This document shows positions 41,164-52,205 of a DNA stretch of 64,000 bases, piece after piece. The stretch comes from Bugula neritina (Eukaryota > Animalia > Bryozoa). How positions within the stretch are numbered: position 1 is the stretch's first letter; every line of letters begins with the position of its first letter. Under the pieces are notes generated by a model that was not told where the DNA came from, ran no database searches, and saw only the letters and a list, made by a program, of their open reading frames with translations. The stretch is from positions 992,001-1,056,000 of the forward strand of contig OZ037772.1 of NCBI GenBank assembly GCA_964035545.1, given 5' to 3'. A program made the position numbers and the translations under genes.

Positions 41164-42240
41164 CTAGAGTCCTTGTTGGGCACGCCGGTGCTTGGCTTGG
41201 CATGTACGCAGTTTCCGTTTCATACGGCATACGGATCCCTTCAGCTGGAAGAGTCCTGTGGTAGTGTTGAGTAGATCTGGCGCCAGCTGGGTGAACTCTT
41301 CTTGTAATCGTAGGAGGCGTTCTTCTACTGTAGCTAGTCGTACTGGGTCTGGGGACGGTGTCCGTCTGCGGCGTAAGGGTGGACTGGGGGACCTGGTCTG
41401 TCTCTTCGCCGGGGTAGGGGAGATCTCTCCTTCTTCTGGATATGTAGTTTCCTCGGGGGTGTAGGTAATTGGAGGGCGGTCAGACACCAACGGGGATTGT
41501 TGGCGGGCGTTGTCTAACACACGTTGGAACCCCGAGGATAGAACGGCTAGTAGCATGGCCTTCTTTACCAGAGGTCGTATATATGTGAGGAACTCCGGGT
41601 ACAGCTTGGCGTCGACCACATAGTTTTCTCCAGGGAAACAGCCCGCCGCTCTGTGTCTGGTGACGGGGTAGGGATACACATCATTGTACCCGCAGGGGCA
41701 GAAGGTCAGTAGGAGATGAGCATTGACGTGTAGTTTAAGGGAGCGGCGAGAGGCGCAATCTTCACCACAGATCTGGCATCTCGTCCGTCCTCTGGACCCC
41801 CAGGCTGTTTCTATTTCTTCTTCGGTTTGTGGAGACACCCACCGCCAACGGCGGCGTAGTGGCTCAGGCCGGTCACCGCTAGCATAGTCCTCCGGATACG
41901 GAGCGGGAAGTGTTCTATCCCGTACCCTGGTTGTAGCGGGTCGAGTGTAATCTGAAAAAGTTTCAACAGTGTTAGTACAGTACACTGCTGTGTTGTCAGC
42001 TTGAACAGCTTGGCAACTCCTAATTCAGTTACCTCGTAGAGATTAATGATAGTGAATAGTCAGATAGAACCGTATTGCAATGAGATTATAGAAATCTCTA
42101 AGTCAAACTGAGTTCTTACTACGGTATTTCACTAACCTATCTCCAGCTCGATTGACTCAGTGAGTCAGAGCTGAGCGATGCAATCTAGTTTCGTATTAAG
42201 ATATAGTTAACTCACCCCACGATCTGTTGTCGTAAGACAT
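41164..42240 (-). CDS. Gypsy accessory ORF3, predicted spliced (42240-42216 + 41951-41164, 270 aa), C2H2 zinc finger + coiled coil
   Basis: GC-rich open frame of >260 codons after pol with no ATG near its 5' end. An upstream mini-exon MSYDNRSW with GG|GTGAGT donor, TACTAAC branch point and TTTTTCAG acceptor is phase-matched. Motifs CQICGEDCASRRSLKLHVNAH and CPCG..H..C. Confidence 0.72.
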
Positions 42241-42264
42241 ACTGAATATGTGAAATGGTTTGAA

Positions 42265-45200
42265 CTACTGCTTAGAAACACGTCTACTCTTGACTGCATC
42301 AGCGTATGAAAAGATCGAGCAACGTGGTTGGGGTGCGTGATTAAGACTTTGTGCACCCGGCGGATGAATTTTGTTTCTACTTCCGCCGATACAAAAGTTG
42401 ATATTTCCGTGGTGTTGACAACTCCCACATTTGCTCGATTCTTTTCTCGTACGGTTTTCCCCTAGACTTTCATGTGTGCCGCTTTTAACGCAGTCACATA
42501 CGAAGTCCTTCAAGTATGCGGGGGGTTGCCTCGTACGCTGTCCCCTTTCTAGGGGGGGTGACACGCTTGCCGGTTCGTTAGTAGGGGCCTCTAATGGCGT
42601 CTCTACTTCACCGTCAGCAGCCACCTCTTCTTGTTCTCCGGATGGAGCCCCTCCCTCCGTGGGGGTTTGCACTTCCGGAACCGGCTCGGTTTCTGGAAGT
42701 GATGGAATTAGACTTGGCGGTGGCGGACACGCTTCTGTTGACAAAAGCTGCCGCTCCTCTCTCACCAAGTTTTCTTCCCGCGGTATGACCACTTCGTATT
42801 CAGGTCCATGCCGCCGTCGCCCGCGCGTTGTTGTCTGCCTCCTGGGCTCTAACAACGGGGGGGCTTCTCCCACTCCGCCGGGGCTAGCCCAATACGGTTT
42901 CAAGCGAGACTCATTCTGGATAGACACCTGTCCTGAGCGCTCAATCTTGTACGTATGATTGGGCATAGCCTCGACGACCACGTAGGGGCCTACGAACTTA
43001 GGCTTCAGCTTATCAGCCTGTCCGCGGCGCCTACGGTAATTGACCATCCACACCTTATCTCCTCTTTGATAGAGGGGTGGTTCATCGGAATCTTCGTGCC
43101 GCACCTTCCACTGCTGTTGACGCAGTATCTCGTGTGCGGCCTTCATCCGTTCCACTAGTTCACTGGCATACTCGTGGACTGAGTTATCTTGCTCTGGAAC
43201 GTGATAGGTGAGATGGTCAGGGACACGAGTCTCTCTCCCGAGCATCAAGAGGTTTGGGGTCTCACCAGTACTGGTGTGTGGGGTGCTACGGTATGCACGC
43301 ATGACTTGCGGCAACACCGTATCCCATTCCTCTTGACCTCGTCCAAGGAGGAGACTCCGGAGCGCATCACCTAGCATCCGGTTGTTGCGCTCCACCACCC
43401 CGTTACCTTGAGGGTGGTAGGGGGTGGTCCTGCTCTGATTTACTCCCCAGAGGTGGCAAAGGTCGCTCATCAGTTGAGACTGGAATTGAGCGCCTTGATC
43501 AGAGTGTATCTGTTCGGGAAGCCCAAAATAACAGAATACGTGTTGGTCTAGTGCCCTGGCCACTGTTGGGGCTGATGCATCTGGGATGGCCAGAGCATCC
43601 GCCCACCTAGTAAAGTGGTCGGTTAGTACTAGGATCCAATTATTGCCTCTGGGGGTCAGGGGCATGGGTCCGACCAGGTCTACAGCGACTACTTGCCAGG
43701 GCCTACCAGCATATAGCCTCCGCCGTCCTGCTTCACCAGGGGGGCGGCTATGCTTACTGGCCTGGCAGATCTCACACTGTTTGACTCTGAGCCGGACGTC
43801 ACGCTCCATCTGCGGCCAATACCACCGGAGTCGTAATTTGGACATCACTCGCTTGACCCCTGCGTGGGCCTGCTTGTGAGTATCCCAAATCAACTCACGG
43901 CGGATGGCTGTGGGGCAGACTACCCTCTTCCTTTCCGGGTGTCTGCCGCTGGCAGCTAGAGAGATGGTTAGCAACCCATCCTGCCCGATCCGCAGCGAGT
44001 CCCAACGCTGACAGTATAGCCGGAACTCGGCGCATCCCTGTCTTATGCGTTCCTCGCTGAGTCGTCGCCCTTCCCTTTTGGCTCGGTAGATGTCTGCCAC
44101 GACTCCAGGCAGCTCTTCTTGGAGCTTCTTCAGCTCTCGAACATTACCGGCCAGTACAGGGTTGGCGCGGAGGTTTTGTACATCCTCCGGGGACTCATCA
44201 ACTCTTTGCCTGAGTTGACCTTGATCCCAGTCAAACGGTGCTCCGTGATGAGCCAGCGTCTCCAACTCGCATCGTGGGGGACCTCCATCCCTCCTCTCGA
44301 TGTTGAGACACTGTTTGCAACCTCCGTCAGGTCGGCGACTCAACCCATCCGCATTGCTGTGTCTCTTGCCCGGTCGGTGTTCGATCCGGTACGAGAATTC
44401 AGCTAGGATTTCGAGCCACCGGGCGACCTGACTAGAGGGCTCTGCTCTCCTGCACAACCAGATCAGCGAGGCATGATCCGTACGCAGCCGGAACTTCCTG
44501 CCATATAGGTATGGTCTGAAGTGCTTCACTGACTTGATTACTGCCAGCAGCTCCTTGCGGGTAGTGCAGTAATTTCGTTCAGCGGGAGAGAGCGACTTGC
44601 TGTAGTAGGCTACTACTACCTCTCGGCCTTCCTCCACTTGCGACAGCACAGCGCCAACATTCTGGTCACTGGCGTCCGTGTCTAGGATGTACTCCAGAGT
44701 GGGGTCTGGGTAGGCCAAGATGGGCGCCGTTAGGAGGCAGCCCTTGAGGCGGTCGAACGCTTCTTGTTCGACTAGAGTCCACTGCCACGTCACTCCCTTT
44801 GCGGTAAGCCGGTTTAACGGCTGGGCTATGCCCGCAAAGTCTGGTATGTATTGCCTGTAATACCCTACCAGCCCCAAGAAAGCCCGGAGTCCGGTCAAGT
44901 CTTGAGGGGTGACCCAGTCTTCTACTGCCCGTACCTTTTCGGGATCCGTTGCCACGCCGTTTCGACCGACAACGTGCCCCAGGTACTTGACCTCCGGCTG
45001 CAACAGAGCGCACTTGGAAGGTTTGAGCTTAAGACCGGCACCTCGGAGTCTCTCGAAAACCTCCTGCAGACGACTGACATGTGTCTCGAAGTCTGGAGAG
45101 ATTACGATGACATCATCGAGGTAGACCAGCAGTGTCTTCCAATGGAGTCCGCTAAGGACTTGTTCCATCAACCTCTGGAAGGTGGCTGGGGCGGAGGTTA

Positions 45201-46896
45201 ACCCGAAGGGCAGCACCTTCCACTTCCACAAACCGTCCCGTGTGATAAACGCCGCTTTCTCCTGGGCGTCGGGACTCAGAGGAACCTGCCAATAGCCGCT
45301 TAGCAAGTCTAACGTACTGAAGTACTTGCTGCCGGCTAGGGCGTCCAATGACTCGTCAATACGAGGTAGAGGGTAGGCGTCCTGTATGGTTACGCTATTG
45401 AGTTTGCGGTAGTCCACACAGAACCGCCAACTGCCGTCTTTCTTCCGGACCAGTACGACTGGCGAGCTCCACGCACTATGGGCGGGCTCTATCAGTCCCC
45501 GGTCCAGAAGATCCCGTACTTGTCGGCTAACCTCCTTCTCTTTCTCCGGCCCCAGCCTGCGTGTGGGCTGCCGGACAGGGACTGTCCCTGCAGTCAGCGG
45601 TATTTCGTGTCTGACAATTCCAGTCAGTCCCACGTCATGCTCTCCGCTGCTGAACACATCACCGTAGTCGCGTAGTAACTTGGCCATAGCCTGGCGCTCT
45701 CTGTTACTCGCGCAGCCGTTACTGGCTGTCTCGTATAACTCCCGGAGATGTGTTGGGACTGCCCCTCGTCCCTGAATAGGGTGTCGAGGGAGTGCCTCTG
45801 TCGCATCACCCAGCGACGGGCCTACGTCTCCCTCTTGAACAGAGTGAAAACGGCCCAGCATCGACCCAGCCGGGAGCTTGATAAGCTCGGTAAAGGGATT
45901 GACGCACTGCACTAAGATCTCCCCTTGCTCAGTCAGCTGGTTCAGACTGCTGGCAAGTTGGATCTTTTCGTGCGCGCCTTCAACCACCCCGAGTCCAGAG
46001 ATCCGGCTACTATTCACCCTGCAGTGAATGGTAGCCCGGGAGCGGCCTGGTATGGTACGGTTGCGTACCACTTGCACACCTCCCACTAAAGGGCAGCCGA
46101 ACTTGTCGACGCAGGCGAGTTCCCGCCCGGACATCATCATTGCAGATCTGCTAAAATCTATGTGACATCCGTGCCGTTTAAGGAACGGCATCCCGAGGAT
46201 AGCATCCTCTTTGAGCTGACTGACGATGAACGTCTCTTGGATCGTTTGATCGCGGACTCGTCCCGTCAGCTCAATTATACCATAGAAGGGAAGGCACGAC
46301 CCGTCAGCTAGGGTGCCGTATTCCCCTTCGTATGCTTCCATCTCGCCCCTGACCCTAGCACTGAGGGTGTCGAAGAGTTGGCGGCTTAAGAGGTTTGTGG
46401 TACAGCCCGAATCAATGAGAAAAGTAACAGCTTTGCCTTCCAGTTTACCGGGCAAGAAATAGCTGTTCCCATGGGGCTGCACCTGAACTCTCCCTTCAGG
46501 CCTTACTCTCGCAGGGAGTACCTCCCTCGCTTTGGGTCGCGAAGGAGGTCTCTTGGGGCGGTGATGGGTAGGCCTCGGGGGTGCCGAGGCTAGATTCTCA
46601 GCTACCTTTGTGTGCTCCCATCCAGATTCTTGGACTTGCAGCCCTGTGAATCTGTTGTGAAGGGGCATAGAAAAGGCAGCCGCGGGGCGAAGCCCCTTGC
46701 TGGTCCGTCGTGGCTGTTGCCACTGTTGGTTGCCAGTACGCGGTACCCGTCTGGGTGACCTGCGTTTCTTCTTCCCTAGAGGTTTCATCGTCGGCCCGCG
46801 GAAGGTGGGAACATCTGCGGGCCGCGGTAGTTTAACCCCTGATTTAGGAAGGGACAATATCGGCGGAAGTGTCCTTGATTTCCGCACTCCCAGCAA
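42265..46896 (-). CDS. pol: Gypsy Pol polyprotein (PR, RT, RNase H, integrase with GPY/F), in -1 frame to gag
   Basis: FLIDSGC protease, YLDD RT, DTDAS RNase H, H-H-C-C zinc finger, DLVGP/SDQG/ERNN catalytic triad, KFVGPY; uninterrupted. Confidence 0.97.
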   Translation of the reverse strand: MLGVRKSRTLPPILSLPKSGVKLPRPADVPTFRGPTMKPLGKKKRRSPRRVPRTGNQQWQQPRRTSKGLRPAAAFSMPLHNRFTGLQVQESGWEHTKVAENLASAPPRPTHHRPKRPPSRPKAREVLPARVRPEGRVQVQPHGNSYFLPGKLEGKAVTFLIDSGCTTNLLSRQLFDTLSARVRGEMEAYEGEYGTLADGSCLPFYGIIELTGRVRDQTIQETFIVSQLKEDAILGMPFLKRHGCHIDFSRSAMMMSGRELACVDKFGCPLVGGVQVVRNRTIPGRSRATIHCRVNSSRISGLGVVEGAHEKIQLASSLNQLTEQGEILVQCVNPFTELIKLPAGSMLGRFHSVQEGDVGPSLGDATEALPRHPIQGRGAVPTHLRELYETASNGCASNRERQAMAKLLRDYGDVFSSGEHDVGLTGIVRHEIPLTAGTVPVRQPTRRLGPEKEKEVSRQVRDLLDRGLIEPAHSAWSSPVVLVRKKDGSWRFCVDYRKLNSVTIQDAYPLPRIDESLDALAGSKYFSTLDLLSGYWQVPLSPDAQEKAAFITRDGLWKWKVLPFGLTSAPATFQRLMEQVLSGLHWKTLLVYLDDVIVISPDFETHVSRLQEVFERLRGAGLKLKPSKCALLQPEVKYLGHVVGRNGVATDPEKVRAVEDWVTPQDLTGLRAFLGLVGYYRQYIPDFAGIAQPLNRLTAKGVTWQWTLVEQEAFDRLKGCLLTAPILAYPDPTLEYILDTDASDQNVGAVLSQVEEGREVVVAYYSKSLSPAERNYCTTRKELLAVIKSVKHFRPYLYGRKFRLRTDHASLIWLCRRAEPSSQVARWLEILAEFSYRIEHRPGKRHSNADGLSRRPDGGCKQCLNIERRDGGPPRCELETLAHHGAPFDWDQGQLRQRVDESPEDVQNLRANPVLAGNVRELKKLQEELPGVVADIYRAKREGRRLSEERIRQGCAEFRLYCQRWDSLRIGQDGLLTISLAASGRHPERKRVVCPTAIRRELIWDTHKQAHAGVKRVMSKLRLRWYWPQMERDVRLRVKQCEICQASKHSRPPGEAGRRRLYAGRPWQVVAVDLVGPMPLTPRGNNWILVLTDHFTRWADALAIPDASAPTVARALDQHVFCYFGLPEQIHSDQGAQFQSQLMSDLCHLWGVNQSRTTPYHPQGNGVVERNNRMLGDALRSLLLGRGQEEWDTVLPQVMRAYRSTPHTSTGETPNLLMLGRETRVPDHLTYHVPEQDNSVHEYASELVERMKAAHEILRQQQWKVRHEDSDEPPLYQRGDKVWMVNYRRRRGQADKLKPKFVGPYVVVEAMPNHTYKIERSGQVSIQNESRLKPYWASPGGVGEAPPLLEPRRQTTTRGRRRHGPEYEVVIPREENLVREERQLLSTEACPPPPSLIPSLPETEPVPEVQTPTEGGAPSGEQEEVAADGEVETPLEAPTNEPASVSPPLERGQRTRQPPAYLKDFVCDCVKSGTHESLGENRTRKESSKCGSCQHHGNINFCIGGSRNKIHPPGAQSLNHAPQPRCSIFSYADAVKSRRVSKQ

Positions 46897-47738
46897 AAAC
46901 TGACTGTTTCTCCCTGTGGCGGCGCCGATGGCCGCATGGGCTCAGGGGCGGTACTCACTGGGTTTTGTGGTGTCAGTGTCGCTATCAGCTTGGCTAGCAT
47001 GTCCGTCAGTTGAGTGACTTTTGATGCCGTCGCCAACTGGGACACGGCAGCCGCGGCGGGGGTTTCCTCCCCTTGTCCCGCGGCCGTGTCTGCGCGGTCT
47101 ATCTCCACTTGGCGGGAGCTTCCGCGACTTTTATGCATTTGGTTAGCTAGGAGGTAAGCTTCCCCCTCAGTCAGAGCATCTTCAACGGTGGTGACTCCCC
47201 TAGCTAGAAACTGGTGGTGGAGACCCAGATCGTCGACAGATGCTATGAAAGCGTCGAGGGTGTACCTCTCGCGGTTGACTGGGGGCAAGTCGCTGTACGC
47301 GATCTGTGCCAGCTTCATGACCGCGGCGGCATGCTCCCGCAGCGGGGTGCGGGGATCACGCCGCAACCTCTGTAATCGGGCCCTGGCATCTGTAGCCGAG
47401 AGGCCAAAGCGGGCCCGCAGAGAAGCAAAGATATTATCAATGTCTACGCCCAGCCCATAGGGCTTGGCTTTGTCCATCAATGCCATTCTAAGCTTCAGCA
47501 GGGCCACCCTAGGGGGCCACTGAGCGACGTCCATTACGTCGCTAAACTCTTGAATAAATTGTTCCACCTCCTCTTCACCCGTGAAGGTGGGCGCCTTTAA
47601 CCTGTAGCGGTCTTCAGCTAGTTCTCGCGGAACCCTTCGCTCTTCTACTACATGGTTAACAGGCATTGTCTCTACAGCATTGTCTCTACGCTCACCTTCG
47701 ATTGCCGGTGGTTGAATTTCAGCATTGTCAGTCTCCAT
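46785..47738 (-). CDS. gag: Gypsy Gag (317 aa) with CCHC zinc knuckle
   Basis: ATG just after the PBS; capsid-like region (APTFTGEEEVEQFIQEF) and CWECGNQGHFRRYC. Confidence 0.93.
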   Translation of the reverse strand: METDNAEIQPPAIEGERRDNAVETMPVNHVVEERRVPRELAEDRYRLKAPTFTGEEEVEQFIQEFSDVMDVAQWPPRVALLKLRMALMDKAKPYGLGVDIDNIFASLRARFGLSATDARARLQRLRRDPRTPLREHAAAVMKLAQIAYSDLPPVNRERYTLDAFIASVDDLGLHHQFLARGVTTVEDALTEGEAYLLANQMHKSRGSSRQVEIDRADTAAGQGEETPAAAAVSQLATASKVTQLTDMLAKLIATLTPQNPVSTAPEPMRPSAPPQGETVSFCWECGNQGHFRRYCPFLNQGLNYRGPQMFPPSAGRR

Positions 47739-47750
47739 CTTGGATGCACT

Positions 47751-47768
47751 ATCCCACTGCTGCCACCA
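47751..47768 (-). promoter_or_regulatory. Primer-binding site, complementary to tRNA-Leu 3' end
   Basis: TGGTGGCAGCAGTGGGAT 1 nt after the 5' LTR; its complement ATCCCACTGCTGCCACCA resembles the metazoan tRNA-Leu(AAG/TAG) 3' end plus CCA. Confidence 0.85.
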
Positions 47769-47769
47769 C

Positions 47770-48074
47770 TGTTATAATTTTCAGATTAGGGTTGATATGC
47801 TATCCAGAGAGTCTATTTATCTAGTATAGAACTGCACCAGGCTAAGTCGAGTGAACGAGTATATTTTATTCACAACTATACATCATAAAAACACGATACA
47901 TTATTTCTAACAAGTTACACATCTAATCTATTTCACACTCTAGCTTCGACTGAGTTAGCAGCGGGAAACAACAATTGCTGCTAACTATCAACTACGCTAA
48001 TTGGCTATCCATTGTTCCGGGTCAATTACGCGACCCTACATGTTGTGCTGCTGGTAGTTCCACGAACCACCACA
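47770..48074 (-). repeat. Gypsy 5' LTR
   Basis: Matches 40578-40882; contains CCAAT and AATAAA on the minus strand. Confidence 0.97.
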
Positions 48075-48725
48075 ATACTACAACTTATATATTATAGTAT
48101 TCGGAATAACTCCAAAATAGCATATTTCTGTTAAAATAACATTAATAATAAACAGATAAATTATATATTTACTGATTCAATCACTTTTTGAGTTTTCAAC
48201 TTGAAATTCAATAAGAGACATCAGCAAGTAATAATCATATGTTATGTAATAATACATGCCACAAAAAAGCATCATTATAAAATTCAACAAAATGCATTAG
48301 CAGTTATCTATACTGAGATTATAATGTAGTAATAATTTGTATAAAGTACTAAACTATCAACCCCTCTCTCATATTATTATTTAACCTTTGACCTACAAAC
48401 AATGCTTTCTTGTTGCTATACTGTCTTTTTTTTAGTTGGCTCACAGAAACAGCTTCAATCTAACAATGGAGTGTTGATACAAATCAGGGTATATAAGCTC
48501 AACAATAAAACATAAGAAATAATTATCCTCAATATCCTAAGGAATAATCCAGAGAACACTGCAGGTTGAGCTAAGATATTTTACAACTACATGCAGTTGA
48601 CATATCTACATGAATTGTGGACCATTTTGGTGCTTCTGTGTGCGCAGACAAGTTGCAATGACTCTAACAGAAACTTTTTTAGTAGGTTTCAGTTCATCTT
48701 GAATATAGTGCAGCTTGTTGTCTTT

Positions 48726-49012
48726 TGGCCTCAATATTATTGATGGTACACTACCTTGTTTGACCTCAACAGTATTGATGGTAGACTACCTTGTTTGACC
48801 TCAATAGTGTTGACGGTACGCTACCTTGTTTGGCCTCAACAGTATTAATGGTACACTACCTTGTTTGGCCTCAACAGTATTAATGGTACACTACCTTGTT
48901 TGGCCTCAACAGTATTAATGGTACACTACCTTGTTTGGCCTCAACAGTATTAATGGTACACTACCTTGTTTGGCCTCAACAGTATTAATGGTACACTACC
49001 TTGTTTAGCCTC
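48726..49012. repeat. 35-bp minisatellite, ~8 copies
   Basis: Unit TGGCCTCAACAGTATTAATGGTACACTACCTTGTT. Confidence 0.95.
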
Positions 49013-49890
49013 ATTAGCCTTGCTAATATAAAATTAACAGCACAACTTGCAAGATTTAACTAATTTAACTTGGTTCATATTATGATGTTAATATGTTAAC
49101 ATTCATAACCTCTGATATATTTCTATGTTTATAACCTATCAATATGCTCTGATCTACAGTCTTTATTGCCATTCAAGGTGTTGCTCACTGCTGGTCAACC
49201 CCATTAACCCCCAACTTACTGTCTACATAGAAAACTGTCTACTCTCCCTCCATGGTACATAGCTCATACAATGTGTATAATTATTTGCTTTTGCACATTC
49301 ATTACATAAAATACCAGCCATTGTGCTAAAAGTAGAGTTTTGTTGTAGTCTCACATATTGGAACATGGCCTTAAGATTAGTAGTTTCTGAGGCTTTTATT
49401 AAGCTAATGCAGGAGAAAATTGCTAAGAATTTACTGCAGTGAATCTTTGTATAAACATTACTTATGAAATGCATATCTGTGGAATACTTGATCTACTCTG
49501 TATCATATAAACTAACTTACACACAAGTTATATACAGCTACTACTTGATAAGGAAGTAATAGTAACAGAGTTATTGACATGAAAAAGTAAATAATATTTA
49601 AATTGTGATGACTAAGTAAGTGGATGAGTCATAAACCAGTCAAAAAATAATTTCTACAAACAAACTTTATTGAGTAAATGTGACTACAGAGTCTTGACAA
49701 CATAGCAGAGTAAATATGTTACATAATCATTACTAATCAACATCAAATACTGCATATAAGCAGTGCAAGTCCCGTGGAATATATATTATTATACTGTGAG
49801 TAGAACACAATATATTATATTTGACATGTACTATGGGTGTGCATTGATGACTTCACTGAGCTAATTATTAGTAGACTGTAGCTGATAAGT

Positions 49891-50024
49891 TTAGTATTTT
49901 ATTGTGTATCTCCTCAGTCCATCTCCACATGCTAGAAACACTGTGTCTCTGTTATACACAGCAATGTCCCACACACAGCCACTAACACCAAGACTTTCTC
50001 TGGGAATCGTTACCATCAGTTCAC
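49891..50024 (-). other. Terminal coding exon of an inverted TRIM paralog (orphan within this window)
   Basis: Translates as GELMVTIPRESLGVSGCVWDIAVYNRDTVFLACGDGLRRYTIKY*, versus GQLVLTVPRESLGVSDWVRDIAVCNRDTVFLACRDGLRRYTIK* at 39523-39653. Flanking intron (to ~50645) and 3' UTR with AATAAA (49666-49671) are also homologous. Confidence 0.9.
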
Positions 50025-50649
50025 CTTTAAAAAATATAATGTCAGATTGAATCAGTTTGAGACAAACAGACAGACTACAGTGACATCACAACAGCTGACA
50101 CAACTACAAGCAAGTTTCTACTTTCTAGTATAATATAGTAACTGAAATATATTCAATAATAATACAATAAATTTCAAATATATTTCTCACTCAGAAAGAC
50201 TTCCTTTAAAGATGCAACTAAGCAGATTATGTTTAAGATAATAAAGTTCTACCAGTCAGTATCGAATAATTCAATGAGCTGCTCTACTGTTTACTTCATA
50301 ATAAATGACAACATGGAGAAACTCAACATAAAAATTTACCTCCTCAGCAAATATGATTATACAGGAGAGAAGATATATAATATAAGTATTACATACATGA
50401 AGTAAATATTCTAACAGAAAATAGTGTCTCATTATACAACTGTATTGACCTTGACCCACAAACTTAGCCTGTGGCTCTTATATAGAACACACCCACATGT
50501 CTACTTCTAATAATACTGCTACTGCAGGTACTCCAACATTATCACATATTAAATACTTGACAAGAACCAACCACGGCCACCTACCTGAGTTCAACCAGCA
50601 AACACTGCTCTACCAGCCATCATCAAATTACACTAGTCTCAGCAATAAT

Positions 50650-50962
50650 TACATAATATAACATATATTACATGATATAAGATATATTACATGATATAAG
50701 ATATATTACATAATATAAGATATATTACATAATATAAGATATATTACATAATATAGGATATATTACATAATATAAGATATATTACATAATATAAGATATA
50801 TTACATGATATAATATATATCACATGATATAAGATATATTACATGATATAAGATATATCACATAATATAAGATATATTACATAATATAAGATATATTACA
50901 TAATATAAGATATATTACATGATATAAGATATATTACATAATATAAGATATATTACATGATA
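50650..50962. repeat. 19-bp minisatellite, ~16 copies
   Basis: Unit ATATTACATAATATAAGAT. Confidence 0.95.
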
Positions 50963-51178
50963 ATTATATACTCTTTCTATAATGTATAATCTTGCATACA
51001 CATACAGCCAGTAAAACCTCTTGCCATTTAGTTTAAGTTTATCAATTTAGACAAAATGCATTTGATCTTCAGTCCCATGACTGTCAAACTGCACATTTCA
51101 CATTCATTGGTTATATAAGAGATTGTTTCATCAATGATAGCAGCGTTACTCTAAATTGAAAAAAAAACTATAAAGTTA

Positions 51179-51597
51179 GACAGAGTCATCTAAAGGGTAT
51201 AGATATAGAATAAGTTAATAGAATAGAGTCATCTAAAGAGTATAGATATAGAATAAGTATATTGAATAGAGTCATCTAAAGGGTATAGATATAGAATAAG
51301 TATATTGAACAGAGTCATCTAAAGGGTATAGATACAGAATAAGTATATTGAATAGAGTCATCTAAAGGGTATAGATATAGAATAAGTATATTGAATAGAG
51401 TCATCTAAAGGGTATAGATATAGAATAAGTATATTGAATAGAGTCATCTAAAGGGTATAGATATAGAATAAGTATATTGAATAGAGTCATCTAAAGGGTA
51501 TAGATATAGAATAAGTATATTGAATAGAGTCATCTAAAGGGTATAGATATAGAATAAGTATATTGAATAGAGTCATCTAAAGGGTATAGATATAGAA
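51179..51597. repeat. 43-bp minisatellite, ~10 copies
   Basis: Unit GAATAGAGTCATCTAAAGGGTATAGATATAGAATAAGTATATT. Confidence 0.95.
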
Positions 51598-52033
51598 TGG
51601 TAACCACAGACATCAGAAGAAGCAGAAGACACTTTCTACCACCAGACGTACCTCTTTGAAGGGAAGCTCCCCGAGTAGGAATTGTCCCATCATGACCATG
51701 CGGGCCACCCAGAAGAAGAGGATGTCCAGTCCAGTCTCTAGCAGAGTACCCGGGTAGTAGGCTTGCAGGTCGGGGGTGTTATCTGGCTTCCCCATAGTCT
51801 AGAAAGGAATTATTCTAGAACTAAACCAAGTGTCCAGCACATCCTCATCTGTATAACAGGCAGGAAATGGAACAATGTTCAGAGTTGTCTTCTCTGACAA
51901 ACTGAAACTGGGGTTAATTTACTCAAAGGAAATGTCTAGTCCGTGAAGAAAAGAAAGTAAATTATTAATAAGTAGTTAGAGAAATGTAGCTCGCTGCTTT
52001 ACTATAAATGAGAAGAGAGAGTTGGAGGTGTGT

Positions 52034-52205
52034 ACATACTCAATACATACTCAATATATACTCAATATATACTCAATAAATATTCAATACATACTCAATA
52101 TATACTCAATATATACTCAATACATACTCAATACATACTCAATACATACTCAATATATACTCAATATATACTCAATACATACTCAATACATACTCAATAT
52201 ATACT
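52034..52205. repeat. 11-bp tandem repeat (ATACTCAATAY), ~15 copies
   Basis: Direct reading. Confidence 0.93.

Larger units (their letters stand above)
40578..48074 (-). mobile_element. Full-length Ty3/Gypsy LTR retrotransposon, recent insertion
   Basis: Identical 305-bp LTRs (40578-40882, 47770-48074) with TGT..ACA ends, ATAC TSD, PBS, PPT, intact gag and pol with PR-RT-RH-IN order. Confidence 0.98.

Noticed and set aside
42431-47460. Plus-strand ORFs within the Gypsy element (and those within the BEL ORF)
   Set aside because: Antisense shadows of long coding frames; no motifs
50024-51652. ValRS-TRIM in-frame fusion by splicing 51652 to 50024
   Set aside because: Phase 0 donor vs phase 1 acceptor, and upstream nonsense codons
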